Below are positions 47,775 through 59,849 of a stretch of DNA of 64,000 nt, in pieces. The position numbers were made by a program, and so were the translations under genes. Every line of letters starts with the position of its first letter. The stretch's first letter is position 1. A model generated the notes under the pieces. It was not told the DNA's origin. It saw only the letters and a list, made by a program, of their open reading frames with translations, and did not search any database. Source of the stretch: Marsupella aquatica (Eukaryota; Plantae; Marchantiophyta); assembly GCA_973895155.1 (NCBI GenBank), contig OZ316892.1, forward strand, positions 3,289,223 to 3,353,222. The letters run 5' to 3'.

Positions 47775-50424
47775 CAATGTCATGCCATTATTTGTTTGTA
47801 GTGTGAGTCATGTTATGTAGATTTTAGATGTCAAGAAGCAGTACAAGAATCATGTCCTCTTGGAGATTCATAGTATCATGCATGTGCTTTCAGTTATCTC
47901 ATCCTACAGTCATCAATTATGAGTTCCTATTTTGTCTAAATTACATTGATCACATTGTAAACTATTCCATTGGAATTCAAATGATCTTCATTTTTTAGCA
48001 AGATTGTGATTGTGTTTAATTCTTATGAATGTTTTATGTAGGATACGCTTATATGATGCTTTGTTTCATGTGGATGTCATTCATGCTATGTTCATTTCTT
48101 GTATTCAATGTGTTATATTTCTAAAGTTAGAACATCAGGTTTCTATGTATTGTAATGTCGAGTGCTCTCTCTCCTTATGAACTGTCCCTCTGTGTTCATT
48201 AGTCATGGTTATAACTTGCATGTGAACCTTATTAGTTATAAACATGAGTATATAGAGTCCCAAATGGTTCTGTTGTGTGACGCGGGCCAGGGTCTCCATT
48301 GGTCTCTCCTGTGATACTAAATAGTCACACGCTAGTCGTTGTTGAATGCGGGTAAGTCATGTATGTGACTTACGATGTGACTCGCTGAAGTCATATTGCA
48401 GTCACGTCGAAACAAGGCTAGACTCCACAATAAAGTCACAGATCAGTCACAAATGGGTATCAAGCAAGTTGCAAAGCCCAGTATCAATAGTGACTTCCAT
48501 TTTTTGGTCTCAACTTTTGCAACTCCAAGGGTCACAGCGTGGGTCAAGTCACGTTGAGTCACAATGAAGTCACATGAGCCAAAATGAGTCATATATTGCG
48601 GTCTCAGTTCACCTCGGATTCTTCTAGTGCTTGTTGGTTGTTGGATTCCAGGGGAGTAGTTGAGCCCATAGTTGAGGTGTCCTTGGTGGCCATTCAGCGG
48701 AGATTGAGGTGCAGGACAAGGAGACAAGGAGAATTGATGCAAGATTGAATGTTCTGGTCAGGGAGAGCACAATGTGATTGATTTGAGGTGGAAAATTTGT
48801 GTGCATCGCTGGTGGATTGTGGGTGCTGCTCAGGGATCCAAGGAGTGATACCAGGGCAAGTGGGCACCCCAAGGTTGAGTATTGGAGAGATCAGAGTGTT
48901 GTTGGAATCCACGAGATAGATTTTAGGGCTAAAATGAGTGCCCAGGATACAATGTCAAAAATTACTGACTTACTACTAGAGACCAGGGAGGAGCTACTGG
49001 AGTAAAAATTGAAGGTAGGAGCTAGGAGGAGGTACCCATGGAGGCCAAAAGCGAATTCAGTTCAGGAGTGATGCATAGAGGTTTGTGAGAACTTACCTAG
49101 GTAGTGAGTAGGACATTTAGAATAGATGAGCAACAAGTTAGCCAAGTAAATTTCAGTTTCAAGCTTTGCAAGAGAGTAATTAGATGCATTGGATGCTGTG
49201 ATAGGAGGTAGAGAATAGACATGAAGGAGAGTAGCTCCTGAGAGTAAGTGAGCTCTCAAGTTTCAGCTATTTAGTTGTGCAAATTTTCAGTTTCAGGGGC
49301 TTGTATGTTGTTGGCTAGTGGAAGCTAGCTATGTGCATTTTCGCTCAAGCCAAGTTGATCAGCAGCTGCAGTGTCCCAACTCTAGGAAAGTAGTGTGTGT
49401 ATGAGAGAGGGTTCAGCCTGGAAGATTCACGTGTGTTGGAAGCTTGAATTGTGAGTTACATAAAGCAGCCCTCTTGACTTATCTCACTCTATTGTCCTGT
49501 TTTTTATGTTGTATATGACTGGTGGGTTTGTATTATCTTCCATTCAGTCTGATGTTGAAGGTTCAAAAGTGTTAATTGGTTGTGCATAGTAGACTATAGC
49601 ACGTTCTCATCCGAAAATGCCCAAGTATGGATTTGGTCATTATTAGTCACAAACACAACTACATTTTACGGCTGATTAACGGACTTTTAGAAGACGTTAA
49701 TCATGACGTATATGGCCAGCGGAGGAAAGACCTCATTCACGACGTTAATAGAGCAACGTTAATTACCATGTTTGGGGAGACGCTCTTTACCACGTCCAGA
49801 ACATTGTTCTTAACGTCGTACAATAGGAGGTATATGATTTTACAACGTGTCAGGCTACGTAAAATATCCCGTAAAATATACCCAACGCTCGTGTTTAAGT
49901 TTACCCATAAACGTCGTGTCAGGCTACGTAATGAAATATTAACCACGTCTAGTACGTCGTAATGTGCAAGGCACTAAACGTCGTATTATTTTAGCGTCGT
50001 CCGTGGCCGGTAAATTATGACCTCTTTTGAGACGTATGGGTAAGTTGACATAGTAGGGGACGATGTATCGTGCTCTTGTTGTGCGACGTACGTTGGCTTA
50101 TGTAGGGCTCAACGATGTACTATGGTGGTTAAAGGTCTTATAAAGGAGGACGTATACGGGAGTACATACGTCCTATTACACATTGCACTGTCTGGGTGGG
50201 GTCCTTGGTAGGGTTCAACTCACACACAATATAACCATGTGTTTTTACATATTGTAACCCGGAATGAGGTGCCACCACAAATGGGTGGCCTGAATCAAAA
50301 TGGCAAAAAATATGTACATAATGCATGGAGGACCTCTTGCTACTGAAATACCTACAACCTAAAGTCATCGAGAATGGGGCCTATCACGTCCCGATCCTCC
50401 GCCTCATCGCCGACGCAACTGATA

Positions 50425-52516
50425 CTACTGGGCATCCTGCTCTGAGGCACTGCTATTGCCTTCTGGTTCCGGTGCAGCCGAGGGTGGAGCCTTGCCTCTA
50501 GGTTTTGGCACTATCTGCCTGGTGCTACGTGTTACCCTAGTGGACCGCCTCTCACCACTCCTCCTTCTCCTCTCTCTATCTCTCCCTCTCTCTCTATCTC
50601 TATCTCCCTCCTCCCTCTGTCTCTCCCTTCCTTGTCCTCTGGCCCTATGAGTCTCTAGTGCAGGGAAAAGGTCACGAGAAGTGGAGCCCTGCTGACCGCA
50701 AGGTACTGGGTCCTCCTCCTGGGTACCCTCCTCCAGGGCTACAGTGTTGGGCTCCTCATCCTCCTCAATGGGCCGTGCTACTAAACCTTCTGGTGCAGTC
50801 CAATCCACCTATGCACAAGATACAATTTCAGTCTAGGTTTGCATAAGATACAGTTTCAGTCTAGGTCTATGGAATGGTACTGAACAAGCTAGCACACTTA
50901 CCGGGTGGTCTTCCAAAATAGAGTCAAGCTTTGCCCATAGGGCTGCCGGGCCATATCGCTTAGAGTATAGCCGCTCCTGCTCACTCGGCTTGGCATCTCG
51001 GCCATACTTCCGCTTCTGTAGCAAAGGGAAGTTACGTCGTTTAGGGCGATGTTATTTACCTATCATCATACGACGTTACTAATACATACGTCGTCCATTA
51101 AGACGTTTAGGGGGACTCCATAGTATTAATGTTGACAAGACAACATTAATACAGTGCTAACGTAGTTAGAGGCGAGGTACTACTAAGAAAACATCGTAAG
51201 AGGGAAGGTAATGTGCGGCCAAGACGACGTTAATACTAAAAAATGACGTAAAGCACAGGATTTCACCGCAGCAGCACACGACCACATAATGCAGACTTCA
51301 ATGAGTATAGAGTGAGTCACTGCACTTACATAGGTTGCAAGAAATCCTCCCCATCCTCCCTGCCCCCAAAAATTAGTCACCTTCTTGCCACTCGCTTTTC
51401 AAACAGTAGTGGCCTTGTCTCCCATATGCACTCGCTTGCCAACTGGGGTATCTAGGGCTGCTTCCAATTCGGAGACAATCAATTTGAAGTCCTCTTCACT
51501 CATCCCATCAGGTTTCTTGTAATCCCCTGTTCTCAAGCATCTCAGTTTTTGGACCTTGGCTCTCCACCTAAAACGCCGATCAGCTAGGTGATTCACGATC
51601 TTCTTCCTAATGTGGTGGTAGTCAATCTCTCGCCCATTTCTGAATCCAGCCTGCATGTCATTCAGGAGCAATTGGAACTTCTTCTGGTTATGCACAAGCT
51701 CCTTCCAAGTAGTCCAACCGGGACAGTGTTTAGCTACGCACGTCTGCACTCTGTTCGTGAGTGCTTTCTCATCCATGACGTCCGGCCTAGCATCAAAAGA
51801 GGCAAGGGTGATGGTGGGAAGGTGCTCCCTGTTGGCAAAAGCAGTTGCAGCTTGCTGAGAAGGACGTCGCCACTTTGGAGGAAACAATCGTGAGTGGTCT
51901 TCTCTCCTCTCTGCTCTTATATGTTGATCTCCCCTATGTCTCTTGCTAGAAGTGCCTGCATTGTGGTCATTGGATCCTTTCCCCTTTTGCCTTCTCCTTT
52001 CAGTGCTGCTATTTGACGAAGAACGAGATCGCCTCCTCCTCCTCCTATGTTGCCGATGGTCCCTCCTATCATCTTTTGGCCTGTATCTCTCATGTGGGAT
52101 TGTCACTTGACTCTTGATAGGAGTTCAAGCTACTGCCTGAGAATCTAGTTGAATCCTAGTGAAGGCAGGATCATCCCAACCATCGTCTGGTAGACTCGGG
52201 AACGAAGGCAGCATATCAATCAATGCCCCATCAAGCTCGGGCGTGGATTCAGGCACTTAATCGTGGCCCCCTCCTCAATCTTGGCCCCCTCCTCGTCGGT
52301 AGGAGTGTTGGCCTCAATACTCTCCAGGTATTCTATAAACCTGGACTCCTTTGTTCCTTGTCCTCTCATGAATTGCCAACTGTGGTTGAATGCTTGAACT
52401 AGTGAATGTGTCGAACGTAGGGCTCAATGCACCTTCTCCAACTCCTCTGGATCCTCCAGACCCACCTTCAGTGCATCAAAGTTCACACTACAGGGAAGAT
52501 AGCCTGGATACAACAT
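50425..52516 (-). pseudogene. Degraded multi-exon accessory (TnpA-like) gene of the CACAA element
   Basis: ORF pieces 51399-52106 (Arg-rich, then WTTWKEL..IVNHLADRRFRWR..KPDGMSEEDF), about 50850-51020 and 50425-50808. Stops in the 5' part. Confidence 0.5.
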
Positions 52517-52916
52517 GGCAGACTATTCTGTGAGCAATTATGTGAGGTAGAGGAGGCAAGGAGAGGTAAGGACTAGAGGTGGGGAATGTCGAATGTGAGT
52601 CACATTCAAACACTCCCTCGATACTCCCCTGATGTTTCCCAAAGGAAATGACCGGGGATGCCTAACCTTGCGGATCCGCCATTTTCCTGATTTTATGTTG
52701 TTACAGACGTCGTTACGTGAAACGACGTACATAATACATCATACTTAATGACATTAATCTAGATAAACGTCGTCCTTTGTGTTTTAAAGGTCATTGTTTG
52801 CGGGTCCATTGACGACGTTAAATGTTAGGGTTGCTTCGAAAAACAATGCTAAGGCCTTGTAACGTATTGTATGGCATTGTACCTTAGGGTTAGGGTTTGT
52901 GTGGTAGGTTTAGGGT

Positions 52917-54452
52917 TTGGATCCTTCCCTACGCATTAATCAAAGACGGTTCAATTTGTTGCAGGGCATGGTGATCTATGCATCGGACTCTCTGTCTGAT
53001 GAGAGAGATGATGGGGATACGAGTCTTGGCTCCAGATACCGGCATCGTGATAGGGGTAGAGACTATTCGCCGGATAGGAGGGATCATTCGCTGGTTAGGA
53101 GGTGGGACTATACGCTGGATAGGTGGAGGGATGACTCACTGGATAGGAGGGATTATTTGCCGCAGAGGAGGGATTATTCACTAGAGAGCAGGGGTCGTGA
53201 GTCATTGCCCCGAAGGACGACTAGTGGATCTCGATGTCATCACCATCCCAGTCATGAGGACGGAAGGAGAGGAGCCGCCATCATCGGTCACACCGTCGTC
53301 GATGATCACGTGAGCCCCAGGCATACAGCTCACCTTCGCCAGTGGAGGAGGGGTTTGGAGCGGCCATGGCTGCTCTTCATGGTATTGGACCAGTCCGCAA
53401 GATGCCTTGCCCTTGTAGCACAATGCAAGGGCGTTGTATCTCACGAGAGCACTACCATCATTAGCCACTTAGGGATCCACGGTCGTTATGTTCCACCGAC
53501 ACCAGAGGTAAGTTTTATCCTTTTGCACAACCATTTTGAGTAACTTTAACTTTTACTAGGTTGGGGTAGGTTGGCTTCTTGAGCAATGTTCATGTTTCTC
53601 GCTTTCTGAAATTTTGTTGCATACATGTGGAACAGATTCATATTGTACGGTCTCCCACTAAGGACCGCATGAGAGAGGTTGCACGTCGAGCGCTCTCTGC
53701 ACCGGTCCCCCCATCGGCACTAGCTAGATGCCACCTTACGGGCAATAGACCGTGTATTTGATAGGGTGAGGGTGGCATAGGTGCACCCTATTGAGAGGGG
53801 AGTAGTGGTCAGTACTAGACCACGGTTGTTGGAGTCTCGTCCGCCTAGGATGAGGCCACCCCGTTGCCCTTTTCTTGATGCATCTAGTGCCCGGGAACCG
53901 AGAGAGTTACGTGGGAGAGCCTTGGACATCATAAAGGACTCATTTCCTACCCAATTTGGGCTCCCATTGGACCTTCCAATCAGGGAACCTATCATAGTCT
54001 GGGGTCGCCCTTGGGTCCTCCTTCCCTCCACATTGGGCCCCAACGTAGGATTAGGATTATTTTCACTTGTAGATATTGTGGTCCCTGATGGTTGTGAGCC
54101 CGAGGACTTGCCTCAACTCTTTCCATTCTATGGGCCAAAGTATTCTGCACAGCATTGGCGCATCTTGTCTCGACAATGTCTGACCTTTGGTCGATATGGC
54201 ATGTCTGTCAAGCTAGACCCTAGGTATGCTCAGATAGATGGTTATCCACCCCGCACTGGAAACTTGGCAGGTTACATCAATAGCACTGTGGGTTGTCGGC
54301 GTTTAGGTTTTAGGCCAAACGCTGAGTGGCACGAGTACCATGACCAGACCCATCCTCGTTTGCCACAGGCTTGTACTCATTACATCTTGACCCATGCTAG
54401 CCGCACCATTCGAGCAGGGGAAGAGATTTTTGTAGATTATGATTGGCATTGA
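52917..54452 (+). pseudogene. SET-domain gene with an Arg/Asp-rich first exon; SET region 53781-54452
   Basis: PSTLGPNVGLGLFS, FPFYG, IDG..GNLAGYINS, PNAEW and ASRTIRAGEEIFVDY are the SET signature motifs in order. Stops lie just upstream (about 53760-53780). Confidence 0.75.
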
Positions 54453-54907
54453 GGATGGACATGATACATTCAGAATATATGGACCCATTGTTGCATATTG
54501 CATTAAATCATATTTAATTATTTGTTTGATTATAATGTTGTATTAAATAATGATTTTAACAATTGTAGGATGGTGCATACATTACCCCCTGGGGAATCAC
54601 TCGTTGGATTATTAGAACGGGGTGCGAACAAATGAAGGTTATTTTTAATCTTGTTGGTGTAATAATTATAATCAAAAATTTGTACTAAGGCGTTTACAAA
54701 TCCAATTTGGGTAAAAATATTAGTTTTAATATTCAGCAAGGTATTTAAAAATTTGTCAAAGTCATATAATAAAGGGTACAAGGGTATTTTTAATTGAATT
54801 TATTTATTAATTTATTTTTTCAAATTTCATTGGTTTGTTGTCACGTGTTTTAGGGGTTTTACTCTAAGTGATTCCCCAGGGACATTACCCCTACACCTCA
54901 CCTATCC

Positions 54908-57900
54908 ATGATGACGATGTCAGCGCGTGACTTTCACCTACAGGCCACTCTACACTTTTATGATGAGGAAGATGTTGAGGGGGATAGTGACCATGAGGAG
55001 TACCATGATGCATATGATGGAGACTTTGATGAGGACAATGGAGATGAGGGGGATGCACCCATTCTTGAAGAGGAAGCTTTTGCCCACCTTGTGGACATTC
55101 ACTTTGGACCACATGCACCTCAGGGCGAGAGGCCTACCATGGAAGTAGACTAGGAAGATTGGGACCAGTTGGAAATGGAAGCCAGAACTCCACTCTTCCT
55201 GGATTCTCCATCATCACGGTAAGTCTCATGATTGAATAGTATTATGTGTCGACCATTACTTACCACACCCAATGTCATACCTCAAACTAATTTCATACAA
55301 TTCCCTGGTTTCACAAATGCAGGTTGGGTGCCACTTTGTTGATGTTGAATTTGCAGGGAGTTTTCAACACTTCAGACGTCCATACAGATGCACTATTCCA
55401 GCTATTCCACAAAAAACTCTTGCCCCAACCAAACACTCTCCCTAGGTGTGTGAGGGAAGCTAAGAAGTTGTTAACCTCAATTGGATTGGCTTTAGAGACT
55501 ATCCACATGTGTCCAAGTGGTTGCATCCTTTATAGAGGGACATACTCTGAGCATACAGAGTGCCCAGAGGCACAATGTAAGCTTCCACGGTACTGACCGG
55601 ATACCATTGGCAAAAAGATCCTAGAGAAGGTGGTGTCCTCCTCCTCCTGGCGGTGTTATGTTTGTTAGAACGTAGTTTTGCCCATTTTCCTCGTCATTTC
55701 CGACGTACGCACACGTACGTCCTTTCTAAAGATGTAACTTACGTATCCAAATCACCAGTTAGTTTTTACGTCGTCTACTACATGGTACACATATATTTAC
55801 GTTGTTAATTAAGACGTAAACTGAAGTAGTCGACGTTACTAACATCGCTGAGAAACTTTACGTCGTATGTTACATTGTACCGGTGTATTTACGTCGTGTG
55901 AGATGACATTAACTTTTATTTAACGTCGAAGTGATGCTTGTAACATTGTTTATGGCAGGTCTTAAGGTATTTCTCGATCACACCCTGACTATAGCATCTT
56001 TATCGACGGAAACATTTATCAGCACTTCAAACATGGCATGCTGAGAACGAACAAATCTCCACCAGGGATTATGCGGTATCACCACGATAGTCCAGCATGG
56101 AAGCACATTGATAGCACTTGGCCGGATTTTTCTAGGGAGCCAAGGAACGTTCGATTGGGGTTAGCAATAGATGGGGTAAACCCATACAAGCAATGACGGA
56201 AGCCTAAGTCCATATGGCCAGTTCTTTTGCTCAATCAAAATATCCCTCCATGGTTGGCGATGAAGAAGGGTCATTTTCTCCTCCTTGCTATCATTCCGGG
56301 TCCTCAGGCCTGTAAAAATCCAGACATTTGTTTGGCTCCAGCTCATGAAGAGTTGCAGAAGCTATGGGAGTTTGGGGCAGTGACCACAGATGTGACTCGT
56401 ACACCGGATAATGGGAGGACATTTAATATGAGAGCAATGATCACCCATTGCACCACGGATGGTCCAGGTAATTCTCAGTCATAGAAATAATTGAGACATA
56501 CATTGTGCATGGTTCTATTGCATGTGACAATGGTTTTTGGCCTGAATGTTTTAAATGTCATTGATAGGTATGGGCACAATATCTGGCTTGAAAGTGGCCG
56601 GTTATTCAGCTTGCCCTTCATGTGGTCCTGAGTTGCATGGGAGATACTCCAAGCGTCTGCACAAAACCACATATGAGGGCAGCCAGTAGGGTTCGTTTGC
56701 CAATGGACGATATATTGCGACATAACACCACACATTGGGCTGAGACTGATTTTAGGCCATGTCCCAATGGGCCTTCAGCTGAGGGTCAAATTCAAATGGC
56801 GGAGAAAGTGGAGGCAAAATTACTTCAACCTAAGCACTGTGGTGTCAATCGTCGCTCAGCTTTGTGGGACTTGCCTTATTGGAGGGTAAGTAAAATCAGA
56901 TTGGACCTATTTTAAGTTAGTGACTTGTAGTATTCTATTTATGAGTTTCTCACTAGCACAACCTGGTTCTTCATCTTGTAGAGGCTCCAGATCCGATGGT
57001 TGTTGGACCCCATGCATATTGAAGTAAATGTTGCCAAGAACCTGGTGAAGCACATTTATGGGATGAATGATACTCGTGGGGTCCGAGAGGATGCAAAGTA
57101 GGTTGGAGTGGTCAAGAGTTGTTGGATAACTCGAGATGGGGAGAAGCCACCTGCTCCTTGGGTTTTGCCAAAACAGATTTTGAAGGAGATGAACGGGATG
57201 ATATGTGAAATGAAATTCCCTAGCCATTACGGAGCCGGCTTCCGTGGGTGCACTACAAGGGAAGACCACATACCCCCAATCGGCTTGAAGTCTCACGATT
57301 ATCACAAGTTGATTCAGCATGTGTTACCTATTGTCTTGCATTGTTGTGATGATTCTAGAGAGCGACACCTACTCCGACATACAATATATGAGTTGTGCTC
57401 CATTTTCAGGTTAGCATAGTCTTGTTGGCATATATTTATGATATGATCATTGCATATGTTTATCATACTAATAATTTGACAAAATCTTGAGTACCCCTTA
57501 CAGGTGGTATGCGCCAAGGAAATAAAGGAGAGTGAGATTCCCGAGATGAGGGAACGGTCTGCCGTGTTATGTGCAATATGGAGAAGGTGTTTCCCCCATG
57601 TATTTTTGACATGCAGTTGCATTTGCTATGTCATCTGGTGGATGAGGTAGCCATTGCTGGTCCAGTGCATGCACGGTGGATGTATTGGGTAGAGCGGTTC
57701 ATGAAAGTGCTAAAGTCTTGGGTGCACCAACCCGCTCGACCAGAGGGAAGTATGGCAACAGGGTATATTATGTCGGAGTGCCTGTTCTACTCAAGCGGGG
57801 TGATAGGGAGTTTGGACACACAAGCTCCCACAGCTTGGGAAGAGGCACAAGATGATGACAATGGTGGGTTGCGAGTGATGGGCGCGTCAAAGAAGCGATC

Positions 57901-58708
57901 ATTACATGATGACATTTTTCGCCAACAGATCCACAATTATGTGTTGGAGAACCGCACCGAGATGTCAGATTGGAGAGAGTTGTATAGGTAGGGACGTAAT
58001 CCTTCATGTTGAGTCCTACTTAGATTTGAAATGTACATTCAAGGTGGTTGGCACAAATTGGGATCTAATGTATATGTGACCCAGTACTTGCAGGGCATGG
58101 GTGGAGCAGCAGCAGATAGGGGCAGCACGAGATTGTGTTCATGCATCATTTCACATATGGGCCTTGGACCGCATGGAGGGGCTCCTTGCAATGCATGGCC
58201 CTACATTCATTCCCATTGATGTACAGAACATCATTAGGGGGCCTTCAATGTGGGCTATGAGTCATACTCACATGTATGAGTCAGGGCACCACTTTCGGAC
58301 TTGGAGGACGGACCATATGAAGAAGAGTACTTGTAACTCTGGAGTATATATGGTGACCGATGTAGGTGATGTTGAGGTTCCTTATTGTGGCATTGTCTTG
58401 GATATTTGGATGTTAATTTTGGCTCGTTTACCACCACGGTGTTAGAGGTGAGGTGGCACAAGTCCATCATGTCACCTCCAACAAGAGCTACCATGGTGAA
58501 GGATGAGTGTGGATTTTATTATGTGGACACGACCCGTGTTGCACCAAGCGGGACTGAGTTTAGTGACACTATAGTTTTTCCTAGCCAAGTGGATCAATGC
58601 ATTATGGTTCCGATGCACAACATGGGAGGATGGTCCATTGTGATTCCCATCTTTCCATGCCGCAGGAAGGGCTTCATGCCATCAGCTATCGTAGACAATG
58701 AGGATTGA
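54908..58708 (+). pseudogene. CACTA TnpD transposase of the CACAA element, with multiple stops and frameshifts
   Basis: IHMCPSGC..CP, PRNVRLGLAIDGVNP, NIPPW, LDPMHIE.NV, GLKSHDYH, FPPCIFDMQLHLL.HL, GPVHARWMYWVERFMK, IVFPSQVDQ. Confidence 0.92.
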
Positions 58709-59357
58709 CATGATAGACTCACTATCCCCATTTGTATTGACTGTTGTCACGGTTCGCATATAAACAGACATATTTCATGGCCTAGGCATCTGTCAATTTG
58801 CAGAGTGGGATGGGCTTGTTAATCACTTGGTAAAGAACAAGTAATAACCATACATTTATGGACATGATCCCTTGGCCTTCTGCTACAAGGGATAACTGTC
58901 ATTAACGTCATCCGAAACAATTTACGTCGATACCAAATTCTCTAATGTCATTTATAGCTACGCAAATTTGACGTAATGGTAGTTAATGTCGTGTACCGAA
59001 CCATCAGCCGACGTTATAAGGGTTTATTAACGTCCTTCTATATGTCATAACACGGTGAAAACGACATTCTTAACGATGTATGGCGCAATGAAAATATATT
59101 ACCTTGAGTAGAACGACGTTAATAATTAGATACGATGGTTCAGTCAATGTACTAAATTTTCTTCGACATTAATCACAGGAAAAAGATACAACATTCAAAC
59201 CACACAATTGTTGCGACAAATAGCACTCATGGATGTGTTTATTGCTACACATAGACCAAATAGAGATACACAATAGCTCTACCATCCTTTCTACTGCAAA
59301 TGTAGCCTACATGAGTCATGGTCATCCCTCTACACCCTCCCTCCAGACTGATGTTGA

Positions 59358-59849
59358 TTAAGGAGTCCCTTCTCCAGACCAGTAGTACTCCTCGTCCGCT
59401 TTCCTCTTCTTGTACGAAGCACGCCTTTGGCTGGCATTCCAATTCTTCCGCACAACAGCTTCACCGGCCTGTAGCCTCTGAGCCTCCACCTCGGCTGCAC
59501 AACTTTCCTTGTAATCAAACATAGCAATCTGAAGTTCAGTGGGTGACAGGTCACATTTAGACAAGGTGGGAGGGTAGGCCTCACCATCATCATCCTCGGG
59601 CGAATCTTCTAGACCACGATCACTGCTCGGATGCAACAAGAACTCTTCAGCGAAATGCTCGATCAAGCCAGCATAGTCATTGAAGTGCTCCACAACCTGT
59701 TTCCACGTATTTGCAATCAAGAAATCGGTCTGTGAGGTACATAGCTTGTCAACAAGCCCTCCACGGCAAAAGAACCCTCGAACCATCTTCTCCTCCTCAC
59801 CAAGCGGGAGGAAACAACAATGCACATTTGCAAAGAACTTCTGCACCAT
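59358..59849 (-). CDS. Possible partial BRCT-like protein
   Basis: FFANVHCCFLP..FFCRGGLVDKLCTSQTDFLIA resembles the N-terminal half of a BRCT domain; the C-terminal Trp motif is not evident. Confidence 0.4.
   Translation of the reverse strand: MVQKFFANVHCCFLPLGEEEKMVRGFFCRGGLVDKLCTSQTDFLIANTWKQVVEHFNDYAGLIEHFAEEFLLHPSSDRGLEDSPEDDDGEAYPPTLSKCDLSPTELQIAMFDYKESCAAEVEAQRLQAGEAVVRKNWNASQRRASYKKRKADEEYYWSGEGTP

Larger units (their letters stand above)
18049..48629 (+). mobile_element. Inner autonomous-type CACTA (En/Spm) element, 30.6 kb (about 17.5 kb without the Sola-like insert)
   Basis: TIR CACTAGAAGAAACC / GGATTCTTCTAGTG (13 of 14 match). 3-bp TSD CTT (18046-18048, 48630-48632). AGTCAC/GTGACT subterminal repeats. 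TnpD and TnpA-like genes inside. Confidence 0.92.
16988..49601. mobile_element. Unclassified insertion of about 2 kb (16988-18048 plus 48633-49601), split by the inner CACTA
   Basis: TG...CA ends flanked by CATTCTCAT (16979-16987) and CGTTCTCAT (49602-49610). No TIR and no recognisable ORF. Removing it rejoins the outer CACTA subterminal motifs. Confidence 0.5.

Noticed and set aside
52880-52920. TTAGGG/TTTAGGG telomere-like repeats (also near 15560 and 16210)
   Set aside because: Only 2-3 scattered units, consistent with telo-box-like or low-complexity motifs rather than an interstitial telomere.
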